This document shows, in pieces, positions 25,338-37,372 of a DNA stretch of 64,000 nucleotides. Location of the stretch: NCBI GenBank assembly GCA_008632985.1, contig QPGO01000065.1, forward strand, positions 62,001 to 126,000, written 5' to 3'. How positions within the stretch are numbered: the stretch's first letter is position 1; every line of letters starts with the position of its first letter. The DNA comes from Psammoneis japonica (taxonomy: Eukaryota). Under the pieces are notes generated by a model, which was not told where the DNA came from, searched no databases, and was given only the letters and a program-made list of their open reading frames with translations. The translations under genes were made by a program, and so were the position numbers.

Positions 25338-28300
25338 TTGTTGTGGTTGCCACAATGGGGCGGGGGACAGCCGCATCAATCAAAGGAGCAGTGTCCACGT
25401 GCCTGTGTTGAACGCATCTGTGAGGTTGTCACCTCGACGAGACGTGTCTCGGCAACGCGGTCTGACACCACACGAATCACCCACATCCGTGATGTGAGCA
25501 AGGCACAGCACGGGCGTCTTGAAATGGATTCGCATGCTGACACCAATGTTTTTGGTCAAAACTTTACCCTCTTGGGTTGTTCTGGACGAGAATGTGACGC
25601 ATCGCCTTTTAACGAGGGATGCGAGTCCATCAAGAGTGTCCCAATTGTCTCTGCAGCCACGGCGTGGACTTCACCGACATCGGGAGCAACTTTTGTTCTG
25701 GTCTTCCACGAGGGCTTGTGGATGCCGGAGTCCATGGAGCACTGGCTGGTCAACCCAAACCAGCTGCGGCACTTTGGTGTTAAGGTTCAGGACAACCCCT
25801 GCTCCGATTCGCCACTGCATGTCCTTGCTGAGGACAGATCTTTCATGATGCCGCTTGAAGCTGTGGGGACCAATGTCGTTGCGGCAACTCGCACTCCCAC
25901 AGAGCAGGAATTGCACGAATGCCCCAAGATCCAGATGACCTCCCAACAACCTTGGGATCCACAGACCGTCAAGTTCAAATCTGTTGGAACTCGACGATCT
26001 GCGGAGGAGGAAATGGAGCTAGTTCGGTCAATTGCGACGATCCACACCAATCTGACACACGAGTTCAAAGCTGATCCTGTCTGCAGCAACCCTCAATCCG
26101 GGGACTGTTGCGATGAGCGATTCATTTGTGGAGTCGATCAAGTCCAATCAAGGCTCACAGCCGCCGTCAATGTGGAAATGGAGCCAACAGTCCAGATCTC
26201 CACCACGGAAACAATCGGCGAAGGACCTGAAGACTTGGCACTCCCGAAGACGTTCATGTCTGAGGAGAGACACAGTGACGTGTCGGCTGCTGACTCAAGT
26301 GAACGATGGTGCATGGGACTCAAGCAAGCAGCAAGCACGCTCAAGAAGACTACACAAAAGCTCGTCAGGTCAGCGTTGATGCCCATGGGTCGGCGCTGTC
26401 GGGCCGATCGGATGTTCACAAGGCCCAGGTTACGGGGTGAATGGGCAACCGACACGGCAGACGGCAAGGTGGTTTCGCTGGAGGGCAATCGACATGCCCA
26501 GATCTTTACAAACAAGCAATGCTTCGCTGCGATCTATCCCATGGACAAGAAGAGCAAGGCTGGCAAGGCTCTCAAGACATTTTGCCAGGAATTTGGCGTG
26601 CCAGAGAAACTCCTGATGGACGGATCTAAGGAGCAAACAAAACCTGGCACGGAGTTCATGAAGACCGTGCGCAAGGAGGGCACAGACCATCACATCATCG
26701 AACCTGATCGACACAACCAGAATCCTGCAGAAGGAGTTGTGCGCGAGGTCAGACGCAAGTGGTTCCGCATCATGGTCAAGAAGCAAGTGCTGTGGCGACT
26801 GTGGGGCTGCGGATTTACGTGGACATGTGAGACCATGTCTCGCACGTTCCTTCGAGCACATCATTTGGATGCAGGAGCACCACTGGAGAATGTTCTCGGA
26901 GAGACCGTGGACATCTCGGAGTGCCTCGACTTTGGATTTTATGATTGGGTCTGGCACAGGGAGAATGCCGGTCCAGGGGACGAGAAGCTTGGTGGGTGGC
27001 TTGGTGCATCTCACAGAACAGGGAGTCTCATGTCGCATTGCGTTCTGACACAGACAGGCAGTGTCATTTCGAGAACTTCTGTCCAACGAGTCACCAATTT
27101 GGAAGCCGCTGCTCAAGAGAAAAAGGCAGAGTTCAACAGTTTTGACGAGGAGATCAAGCGACGGTTGAAGGAGCAAGATTTCCCCGATGACGAGGATCAC
27201 AAGATCAGTCCCGAAGACTGGAAAGACTTCCTTGGATGCGACAATGAATTCCTCGATGAGCATGATTGTGCCATGTCCTCAGAGGAGGCAGCAAATGACG
27301 ACGACGACAAGAAAGACGAGGAAGCCTCACCGGAGGCGGCGGACTGGGGATGCATTAACATGGAGGTTGCACTTCCACGAGATGACAATGGTCCTGAGTT
27401 TGCTCGTGTCACGAAGAGGTTGAGAGATGCCAATGGTGTTCTGACAGGAACGGCGAATGACAATCCCATCCTTGACACAAGGATGCATGAGGTAGAGCAC
27501 CCTGATGGGCACCATGCTGTGCTCTCTGCTAACTCCATCGCCATGAACATGTTTGCTCAGATCGACGAGGACGGAAACCGGCACGTCTTGTTCGATGAGA
27601 TCGTTGATTGCCGCACCAACGGGGACGTTCCTGAATCCGAATTCTTTGAGACCGAGCGAGGCGTTCGGAAGAGGCGCAAGACTGCCAAAGGATGGGAACT
27701 TTTATTCCAGTGGAAGGATGGAAGTGCGACTTGGATCGACTTGAAGATTGCAAAGGAGAGCTTCCCAGTCCAAGTTGCCGAGTTCGCCATTCAGCGCAAG
27801 ATCTCGGGTGAGGCAGCGTTTGCTTGGTGGGTTCCTCATGTCATGAAAACCCGCAAGCGTTCCATTGCGAAGGTCAAGTCGAAGTGCTGGCTACGAACAC
27901 ACAAATTTGGCATGCGGATCCCAAAGAGTGTCAAGGAGGCGATCCAGATTGATCGCGCAAATGGCAACACACTGTGGTGGGACGCCATTTGCATGGAGAT
28001 GAAGAATGTGCGGGTTGCTTTTGACAAGCATGAAGGGGAGCTCAAGGACATGGCGCCTGGTTTCCAGGAAGTGAAGTGCCACATGATTTTTGATGTCAAG
28101 TTGGGAGAAAACTTCCGCCGCAAAGCTCGTATGGTGGCTGGAGGCCACACCACTGAAACCCCCGCACACATCACTTGCTCCTCTGTCGTCTCTCGGGATT
28201 CGGTGAGAATTGCGCTGACGCTTGCTGCGCTCAATGACTTGCAAGTCTTTGCATGTGATGTCCAGAACGCCTGCCTCACTGCCCCTTGCAGGGAGAAGAT

Positions 28301-29598
28301 TTGGACCAGAGCTGGGTCTGAGTTTGGCGAAGATGAAGGTTGCATCATGATTGTGGTCAGGGCCCCACATGGATTGAAGAGCTCCGGAGCAGCGTTCAGG
28401 GCTTTTCCAGTGGAGACGCTTTATGATCTAGGGCACAAACCGAGCAAGGCTGATCCGGATGCATGGATGAGACCTGCGGTGAAACCCGACGGATTCGAGT
28501 GCTACGAATGCGTTCTAGTTTACGTGGACGACGTGCTGTCGATCAGCCACGAACCCATGAAGACGATGGATGGCATCAGGTCCAAGTTCAAGCTCAAGGG
28601 TGATGAGGCAGCCGAACCGGATTCCTGCCTCGGTGCTGCGCTTTCCAAGATGACTTTAGCCGATGGGACTGCCTGTTGGGCAATGTCTGCGGAGAAGCAC
28701 TGCAAGTCCGCTGTCCAAAATGTAGAGGACAGGCTCGGCAAGGAGGGGAAACATCTGCCTGGCAAGGCGACAACCCCATTGAGCAGCGGATGCAAACCCG
28801 AGTTAGACACTGCTGGCGAGTTGGACGCTGAAGGACTCCACAGTTGTCAAGAGCTGATTGGCATGCTGGTTTGGGCGGCAGAACTCGGTGGAGTGGACAT
28901 CCATTTGGAGGTTTCGTCAATGTCTGCTCACCTCGCTCTCCCTGCATTGGTCATCTGGAACAGGCATTGCATGTCTTTGCATGCCTTGAACAGGTCCCAA
29001 AGCGTCAAGCAGCATTCGATCTGGCTCATCCCAAGATCGATGAATCACGATTCGTGAAGTGCGACTGGTGTGACTTCTGCCGAGATGCAAGAGAAGCCAT
29101 TCCGACAAATGCACCGCCAGCTCGAGGCAATGCAGCATCGACACATTGTTTTGTGGATGCTGACCATGCCGGAAATGTTGCCGATCGCCGCAGCCATGCA
29201 GGTGTCTTGATGTTTGTCAACCGGGCACCCATTGTGTGGCACTCGAAGCGTCAGAATGCCGTGGAGGCTGGCACATTTGGAGCAGAGATCGTTGCACTCA
29301 AGAGTGCCACAGAGCTTGCAGAGAGTCCACGACACAAGCTTCGAATGTTTGGAGTGCCGATCGAAGGGCCAACAAATGTCTTCTGTGACAATGAGGCCGT
29401 CCACAAGAATTGTTCCATTCCTGAGTCTACACTCAAGAAGAAGCATCACTCCATTGCGTGTCACCGCAACGCGAAGCTGTTGCTGCGGGGAATGTTGGGA
29501 TTGCAAAGGAGGGAACAGAGACAAACCTTGGCGATCTGTTCACGAAGGTCATGTCATCTGTCAGGCGAAATTTTCTGTTAGACAAGTTCGCGCATTAA
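25338..29598 (+). pseudogene. pol: Copia Pol polyprotein (protease, integrase, RT, RNase H); frameshifts near 28942 and 29469
   Basis: MDSHADT protease; DTADG/MDGSKEQ/NPAEGVVRE integrase; RKARMVAGGH, YVDD RT; FVDADHAG, CDNEAV RNase H; stop TAA at 29596-29598. Confidence 0.95.
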
Positions 29599-29773
29599 GA
29601 TGGATGCGTGAAGCGGTGGTGAGTTTCTTCCCCAGTGAGGGTTCACACCATGCACAAAGGATTGGCGGCTTTTCCCTGGCAAGGGTTTTATGTCGATCAA
29701 TGAGTCAAGATGTTTGAGCCAGATCACTGATGCAGCATTGGGTCGAATTGTGCCTTACGAGTCAGGCACATTT

Positions 29774-29782
29774 CGAGGGGAC
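29774..29782 (+). other. Polypurine tract
   Basis: CGAGGGGAC immediately before TG at 29783. Confidence 0.7.
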
Positions 29783-30007
29783 TGAGTGAAATCCGATGTG
29801 TCAGAAACTGTCCAGTGCGCTCTGTGAGTTGAAGTGGCGGAACTGTGACGTGGTGTCGGTGGGAAAGTGACCATGACCATCGATCGGTCTCACTTGTTGC
29901 ATCCGTTGTAGTTGCAACAGGCCCAGAAGCATCTTGTCGGTTGTGTTCGCGTCATCGCACTAAGACTGTGAGTGGCTGAGCCCACTCGGCAGCTAGATTT
30001 GCTCGCA
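29783..30007 (+). repeat. 3' LTR, about 225 bp (TG...CA)
   Basis: Starts TG after the PPT; homology to the second copy stops at CTCG(CA) 30005-30007. Confidence 0.8.
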
Positions 30008-32750
30008 CTGAAGCATTCTGCACTGACTGAAGGCGACAGCCAGGCGGTGACCGTCGGACCCGCTGCGGACTTGTTTGAAAAAGAAGCTCAGATCTCCAAG
30101 AAGAGAAAAACAAGCTTTGCAAAACTTGCTTGTGCTGTGCTTGCACTTGTGCAAACACTGCACTGGGCTGCATGCTGTGGGTTCAGGCACAGCAGATCAG
30201 TTTGAAGCAAGAGCTTGGTCTGGCCACCCACATCTCCTTGAGAGGTGAGCATCCCTGGCAAAAATGTCGGTGTGGTGCCAGCCCAAGCAACTTTTGCCAG
30301 AGGCTGCTGCCACAGGAAAACAAGAGCAGTGCCATGTGTTTTCGTTCTCAAACTGGCAGCACCCCCACGTGGCTGAAAACTTGTTCATTTTTCAACCCAG
30401 CAGGGGCAATGGTGTGGTGCACATTCTTGAGAGCAACCATGACTTTGTGGCAGCAAGTTGTGGTGTGACATTCTCTCTGAACCCACCAGCAATTTGCCAC
30501 AACAAGCTCTTGAAATGTTGCTGCCCTTGTTGTGCACTTTCATGTGTCAACAACAAAGTCAGAAGAGGCTTCAGCGGTGAGCACAGTCCCAGCAAACTGC
30601 CGGGCAGCATCAACTCACACAATGTGGAGAGGACACAAGCCAAGGAGAGGTGGGTGACAGCACAAAAATGGCAGCTGGCAGTGCTTGAGATGCTGTTGCA
30701 ATCTCTGAAGCTTTGTTGGCTGCACCTTTTTGTGTGGGCATGCTGCTGCTCACAGAGTGCTCCTGCAGCTCACTTTGAACAATGGGCGCAGCCAGGGCTT
30801 GCACCAAGCCAATCAACCCAGCAGCAGCACATCTTTTTGGCCAGCAAAATTCAAGGCTTGGTGCAGCCAGCAGCTCAAAAAAAGAAGCTGCTGGACTCAA
30901 AAACTCTCCACAGATGAGAGAGACAACAGAAATCATTCGAAAATGTTGCGTGGGTCACAGTTGACATTTTGCATGAGGAAAAACACAAAATCGTGTGGAA
31001 ATGCACACAATGTCATGCAAGAGAGTGACTGGAGCTAACAACTTTTTGGGAACTGAGCTGAAATCCTGTCTGGTTGACGGCATTGGCCTTCACCATGTGA
31101 ATCAAAATGCCGTCAATCAGATGGCATTTCAACTGATTTCCCGAAAAGTTGACATTCATGTGTGGATAGATGGACAGACTGACAACAATTGTTTTTGGCA
31201 CTCTCCTGCACAATTTCTGCGTGTGACTCTCAGGACCCGAATGATTCCCATTGGAGAGGGACAGGACAGAGACAGAGAGACAGAGAGACAGAGACAGAGC
31301 TGGCTTGTTTGTTGCCAAGTGCCAATGAAGCAAGTTTGCTGCCCAACAAAGAAACTCTGGAATGACAAATTCAAAAAAGTGTCTGGAATGTCACTGAGTG
31401 GAAATTCGTTGCAGAATCAGCACCAGGGGTGTCAAAAAATCACAAAATTCCAGACTTTTCTGGGGCCCTGGTGCTGCGTCTGCAAAACTTTGTTGTTCCA
31501 GAGTTTTTTGAACGGTGGCTTGAACAAGTTGAGCTCATGAGGGCTCCTTCTCAAGATTTTTGGTGATCTTGCATCCCCAAGGAACGCTGCCTTTGTCCAG
31601 CTGTGCTTGTTGTCCCCGTTGCTGAGGCAGCCCACACTTGTCCTCCCACAATGTCCCACCACAATGTTGCATGCTGGTGCTGTGAGCTTGATCCTCATCT
31701 CTGTGTGAGAGCCACTGGCTGTCAAACTTGTTGAACTTTTGCTTGTTTTGCATGTCTGCACTTTTAAGGCTCAAAACACTGGATTCATGCTGAGGCAAAA
31801 ATGTGACTTCTGCACCACCAAAAAGACCTGCCAGATGAACAGGAAGTCCCAAGCAGCATGACAATGAAACATCAAATGTCCACAATTGTGTGTCTTGTGC
31901 AGCTTGCAGCTTGTCTTCAATGGGGCGCACTGGCCCCACAGACACAGAAGCAGTTTTTCTTCTCTGGTCTCAGCTCCTGCCAGGTGCGCTCTGGTCATGC
32001 AACATGCACACAAAGAAGAGCTTTAAAAGGACCTCAAGCTTGCCACCAAAAGTCAGCCTGTTGGTTCAGTGCCCCTCAGAAGAATGGCTCCAATGACACC
32101 CACAACAAAGCAGTGTGTCAGCTGCTCACTGAGTGGAAAGCACCAAGGAGACTGGCTCCTGTTTGTGCCATTGCCGCGCAAGTGTGGAGCAAGCTGGGAT
32201 TTTGTCTAAAAAAACCAACTGTTGTCCCTTTTCTCCCCACAACTCCTTTTGTTTCAAAATGGCAGTGGAAGCCAAAAAGCCATCAGAGAAGCCAAGTTGC
32301 CACAGACACTCTTTGAAAATGCCTGCACTTTTCTCCTGTCTGCTGCCTCACTCTGGGGTTGGGAAGGAGCATTTCACAGCTCTGGTGAATCCACATCTCC
32401 ACTCCAGATGCTCTCAAGATCTGCTTTGCCGGCACCAAATGTCTCTTGGCCCTCCAGGAGCAGCACAATTTTGGCGGTCTCCAGTGCATGATGTGGCATG
32501 GCATGATCGGGCCATCACTGCTGTCTGCCTGTCTGGCAGCAGCTTGCGCACTTGCAAATGTCGGCCAGAGCATTACTGTGGCAGCATGGTGCAACGCAAC
32601 AGGCCTTGCAGACAGAATTCAAGGGCCAGCTTGAGACAGCTTCAACTTTTTTGTGAGCCTTTTGGACGATTCAACATCAACGACAGCTTTGATGTTATGG
32701 AAAATCAAAAATGAGCAGAGGTGCTGTCGACGTTGAAGGTGTTCTCCACA
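30008..32750. other. Heavily decayed, probably TE-derived DNA depleted of both TpA and CpG
   Basis: CA/TG-saturated composition, no recognisable intact domain, abrupt return to normal TpA content at about 32760. Confidence 0.6.
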
Positions 32751-32891
32751 TTCTCTTTGCAGATTTCTGTATTGGAAAGTCGTCTTACTTGCGCGAAACC
32801 TAGAGTACAAGTCTAGTGACATAATCCTAATGTCAGATTTACAATAATTATTCGTCTGCTGCTTCGAGTAGTGTTGTTACTGAGTCACCAG

Positions 32892-34236
32892 CTAGGAGTA
32901 TGGCCCAAACCACGGATCCCCTCCATCATAGGCAGGGTCTCGTTTTCGAAAGCCGGTTTCAAAAATGACAGAAGTGCATTCTACTCCAGCATCACGAATC
33001 ATGGATTCAGTCCAAGCCGCCATACCAGCCTTGTTCTTCATCAATCCGTGGTAATGAAATCTAAATATAGTTCCATCAATGGTCTCCAACAATTCGGCAC
33101 AGCTCCCCAACACATCAAGTACAGGCTGAATCTCTTGCACCAATGCCTGGTCAATTTCTCCCTTTCTCAAGGTACCCACAAGGGTCCCGTAGTCTTCGTA
33201 TGGCTGTCTTTGAGCCTTGTGGTATTCCAATGACTTGCCCTCCGGCAGCCACTCACAATTCTTGGATCGTGCCAGTTCAACGGCACGTTGACGAGCGCGA
33301 TGAGGAGTCATAGAGTCGAAATCTGTCATGTCTTCTGGTTTGGTGAATCGATTGTTGGTGTAGTTCTTTTCTGGATAGGACAAGGCCTCGGGGTATCCGT
33401 GCCAAGTAGCAACGTGACGAGGAACTTGCAATTCCGGAAGAAACGGATCGACGTAGGTGTCAATGATACCAAGCGATTTTCGTAGTTTCACAACGTCCTC
33501 GTTGAATCCAATTTCCAAGTCGTTTTCAGGAAAAACTGGTTCGAGAATAGTGTCGTCTCGTGTGTCATCTGCAATCATGTACGAGTCGATGGGTGTAACA
33601 ATCGTACGGGTGTCAATCGGATTGGATGGTCCAAAGATCGGATCCCACCCCACCTCAATACCTTCTTTATCCTTTTCAGGCTCCTTTACATACTCCAACT
33701 CGTCACTAAGGTCGTTAGGATCAGGATCTCCAGCTTCTGGATCCCACTCGTAATCAAACTTGGATTTGAGATCAAAAATATCATACGTACCCAAGGTTGA
33801 CGAATCAATCGCATCTGGGTCGTCCGTATCAAATTTCAAATTCTGCACCACCTTCTTCTTCCGGATCTCCATATTCATCAATCCATGCAGGATACTTGCG
33901 AACTCCGTCCTCAATTTCTTGCAGGATTTCCGCTTTGCGCTCCAATTGTTCTTCTGTTTCTATGATTGCACCCGGCCTGCCGCCCGTAAGATCGATGTTT
34001 GCCATGTCCGGGCGTTTCGGTTCGACTGCATTCAGCCTCGTGCTTCTTATCCATCTTGCACTGGGTGGTATCCAAGCATGTGATGGACGCAGGCACCATG
34101 CAAGGAGCGCCGCCGCTGAAAGCACATACTGTACGTCATGATTGTTTTTACAGTACCGGTAAGTTACGGTATGTGGTGGGTGATGGCTGGACGGTGTCAT
34201 CGTTCTTTTATTTGTCCTACGCAGAAGTGACGTCAT
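32892..34236 (-). CDS. Acidic protein of unknown function with diatom-type bipartite plastid-targeting peptide; frameshifted by a 7-bp duplication
   Basis: ORF 33829-34239 (VLSAAALLAWCLRPSHA-W, signal peptide plus ASAF-like motif) joins ORF 32892-33914 once one TCAAATT copy at 33829-33842 is removed. Normal Tyr content (14 in 340 aa). Start codon uncertain. Confidence 0.75.
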
Positions 34237-36906
34237 CACTTCCCAAACTTCCGAAGATTTTCATGACCAACGACGGGCTTGGATTCGAGAGCGCGACGTA
34301 GAAATCTACGAAAGTTTTGTACTAGAGAAACGCAAATTGGCTTTCTTGTGGCCTCGTCCGGTGAGAAAACGACGCATCACAGTCACAATGGCGTGTGAGA
34401 CGCAGTGCTCTCCACTCCGTAACTATAAAGATTTGGCTCATGATACGTTGTGAACTTGTTCTATACACTACGAAGTATATTATCATTGCTTGAAGTTTTG
34501 ATTTTTAAGGCAAAGGATCATCATGAGTATTACAATCAAAGTGACGGATGATTTGCAAGTCGCAATTTCGATCTTGTACACAATAGAGCTCCACTCGAAG
34601 TTGTTGAAGCTGGATTTGAAGGATACCAAATCGTTATCGAAGGTTGAATCCGACATGACAAAGTCGGGAGCCTCTGCGGCTCTCCCAAAAGTAGCCATTG
34701 GATGCTCCAGCAAATTCCGAATAGTGCATAGAGAAAGAGTTTGATGTTTGATGGAGCAAAAGAAGCAGCTCCGAGCGAAAATAACAGCTTTGAGCAATAA
34801 AGACACACACCAATCAAACCAGCAGAACGAACCCCTCCTGCTAGTTCCGTCACGTCTTCACCCACCAATTCCAGTCGCCCATCAACTAGAAGAGCTCAAA
34901 AAGAGGCCATGGAAGCGGAAGAGAGCATCCCAGCTCTTACTGAGCGCACCGCTGGCCGCTGGCGAGGAAAAAAAACACGTTCTCACTGTCCATTTCATTC
35001 ATTAAAGATTCAAGATCATATATTTATGTATCTTATAAAATGCATGATAGATAACTTTATGCTAGTCTTCTCTGTCTCATCGCAAAATCGTTTTGCTCAC
35101 GCAACCTTCTGGGACTGCTTTTTCAGCAATCATTGCAGCAAAGGGACTCCCCACGCCCATCGTCCACGTAGACCTCGCCACTTGTTGAGTATTTGAAGGA
35201 CCTTGCCAGAGCTCGAGGATGGCCTTGAGCGGAAGACCGTCTGTTCCCAGGCGAACTTGTAAACGATCAACTGAATGATCAAATTGAAATGTTTTTTAAG
35301 AGTACCGCTGTCAGTAATGTCTTTCTGAAGATGCGTTGCTTCCTCTCTTTTCCCTCGATCGGTGTCCTCCACATGGAAGCCACGGCAGGGAATTCCAAGG
35401 TGTCCAAGCTACGAACCTGCATTGTGCAAGGATATACACCATATTACCATATTGACTTGAGCTCTCAAACTCGGCCTGAAAAGTACAAAGCCATCCATCC
35501 ATGCTCCATGACTGAACCCATCGTGGGGTGTTTCCCTGTCCTTGCCGCAACGACTTCAGCTTCAACAGGACTGTGCGCTCTTCCACTTCCCAAGTTTACC
35601 TGTGTTCGCTCGGGGCTTGCTTCAAAGTGCTCCCTCGAGGTAAAGGAATAAAATGGCACATCGCCACCATTGTCACCGAACTCCGGCCCAAGCATCATTC
35701 CATCCGGTCCTCCCATTCGCTCGGGTCCAAACGCTGTCTCTGGGCCGCTACTGCTCGGATCGAGTTGGCATCCCGTCTTCTGGCCGGCTGTCCTCCAATG
35801 CTAATCCTTTTCATTCTTCTTTTTCTTTTCTTGTTCTTCCGTAATAGAGACAGAACATTAAGTCCCATAGAAAACTGTTGTCCGACTTCGCAAGCTCTGT
35901 AAGCGCTCGTTCGGTAGGATACACAGTCGGGTCGCATCTCCTGGTAGTGCTAGAGTCGTTTCCACCGGTGATCAGAATCGAGTGAAGACGCCTCACCAGC
36001 CTGAAAAAACACTGTACAGTAGATTGCTGTCTCGAAGAGAGACGTTTTTTCCTTTAAAGACCACTCGCATTGGACGCACAGAACGTAGTTAGACACGACG
36101 TATAGTGCCTGATAAGATTGCATGGTATTGCTTGTCAAATGGTAATAGTTATTGAGTGGTAGGCCTCCACATTTCTCACACCATCATGGTGCGGTGTTTT
36201 TTGTGCGGCCGCGGAGGGCGGAGGTGATGAAGCAGGATGGTTCTTGAAACAACCGTGCTTTTCTACGTGCCTCGGTATAAGACCCTGTCCAAACACTATC
36301 ATACGTATGATCATACCTGACGTCATAGCGCCTAAAATGAGCCTCTTCGAAAAAATTAGTGGTTATTAGCCCTATGCATGACGTAATTTTAGGCCATACC
36401 AACTTTCATGAGGATGTTTGTTCTCGCGAGAACAGACTTCCTCGGAAACATCATACCCAAACATCATACCCCACCGACGAAACACGAAAACAACCGATAT
36501 GCATCGTTTTTTTGATACGGCCAAAGCGCATGTGTCTGTATATTATACGAGGCAACCACATGAGACCATGCATGAGCCGTTTGTTGTCTTTGGGGGGCTT
36601 TGTGTGCCATTCTGGACTCTTCTGACACAACCATTTTGCCAAACAGTTTCTTAAAATAAATTCATGTCATACACTCTTACAGACAACTGATTTATCCATA
36701 AGTTATACATAAGCATGATTTTTTTATCGATAGGTGTCCTTTGTATGGCTTATTGTCGCCTTATGGTTGCGTTCTCGTCGTCATGGTCATGTCGTTCTCG
36801 TCGTGTTGTTGTCGCTGGTTCATTCATGTTGTATCTGGTATTGCTTCGCGTACTGTAAGTTTGAATCATTCGATTAAAATGTGTACGTACGAATGTGTTT
36901 GGACAT

Positions 36907-37372
36907 GCCTCGGTATAAAAGGGGATAATTCCTTCTGTTAACGGCTTTTATATCTAAAATTGTCGCTCCTTCGAAATATTTAGTTAACGATCAAAGCGGG
37001 ATGGTTTCTTGAAACAACCGTGCTTTTCTACGTGCCTCGGTATAAAAGGGGATGGCTCCTTCTGTTAACGGCTTTTCTATCTAAAATTGTCGCTCCTTCG
37101 AAATATTTAGTTAACGATCAAAGCGGGATGGTTTCTTGAAACAACCGTGCTTTTCTACGTGCCTCGGTATAAAAGGGGATGGCTCCTTCTGTTAACGGCT
37201 TTACGAACTCAAATTGTCGCTGCTTCGAAATATTTAGTTAACGATCAAAGCGGGATGGTTTCTTGAAACAACCGTGCTTTTCTACGTGCCTCGGTATAAA
37301 AGGGGATGGCTCCTTCTGTTAACGGCTTTACGAACTCAAATTGTCGCTGCTTCGAAATATTTAGTTAACGAT
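36907..37372. repeat. Tandem array of a 127-bp unit, about 3.7 copies; partial copy at ~36233-36280
   Basis: GCCTCGGTATAAAA at 36907, 37034, 37161 and 37288. TpA retained. Confidence 0.95.

Larger units (their letters stand above)
23677..30007 (+). mobile_element. Ty1/copia LTR retrotransposon of diatom CoDi type, hypermutated; 5' LTR not seen (gap)
   Basis: gag then pol in PR-IN-RT-RH order, polypurine tract and TG...CA 3' LTR. Confidence 0.95.

Noticed and set aside
25338..29598. Alternative genetic code or RNA-editing-dependent genes (TGY/CAY read as Tyr)
   Set aside because: The same changes occur in non-coding LTR and satellite DNA on both strands, and neighbouring host genes use TAY normally.
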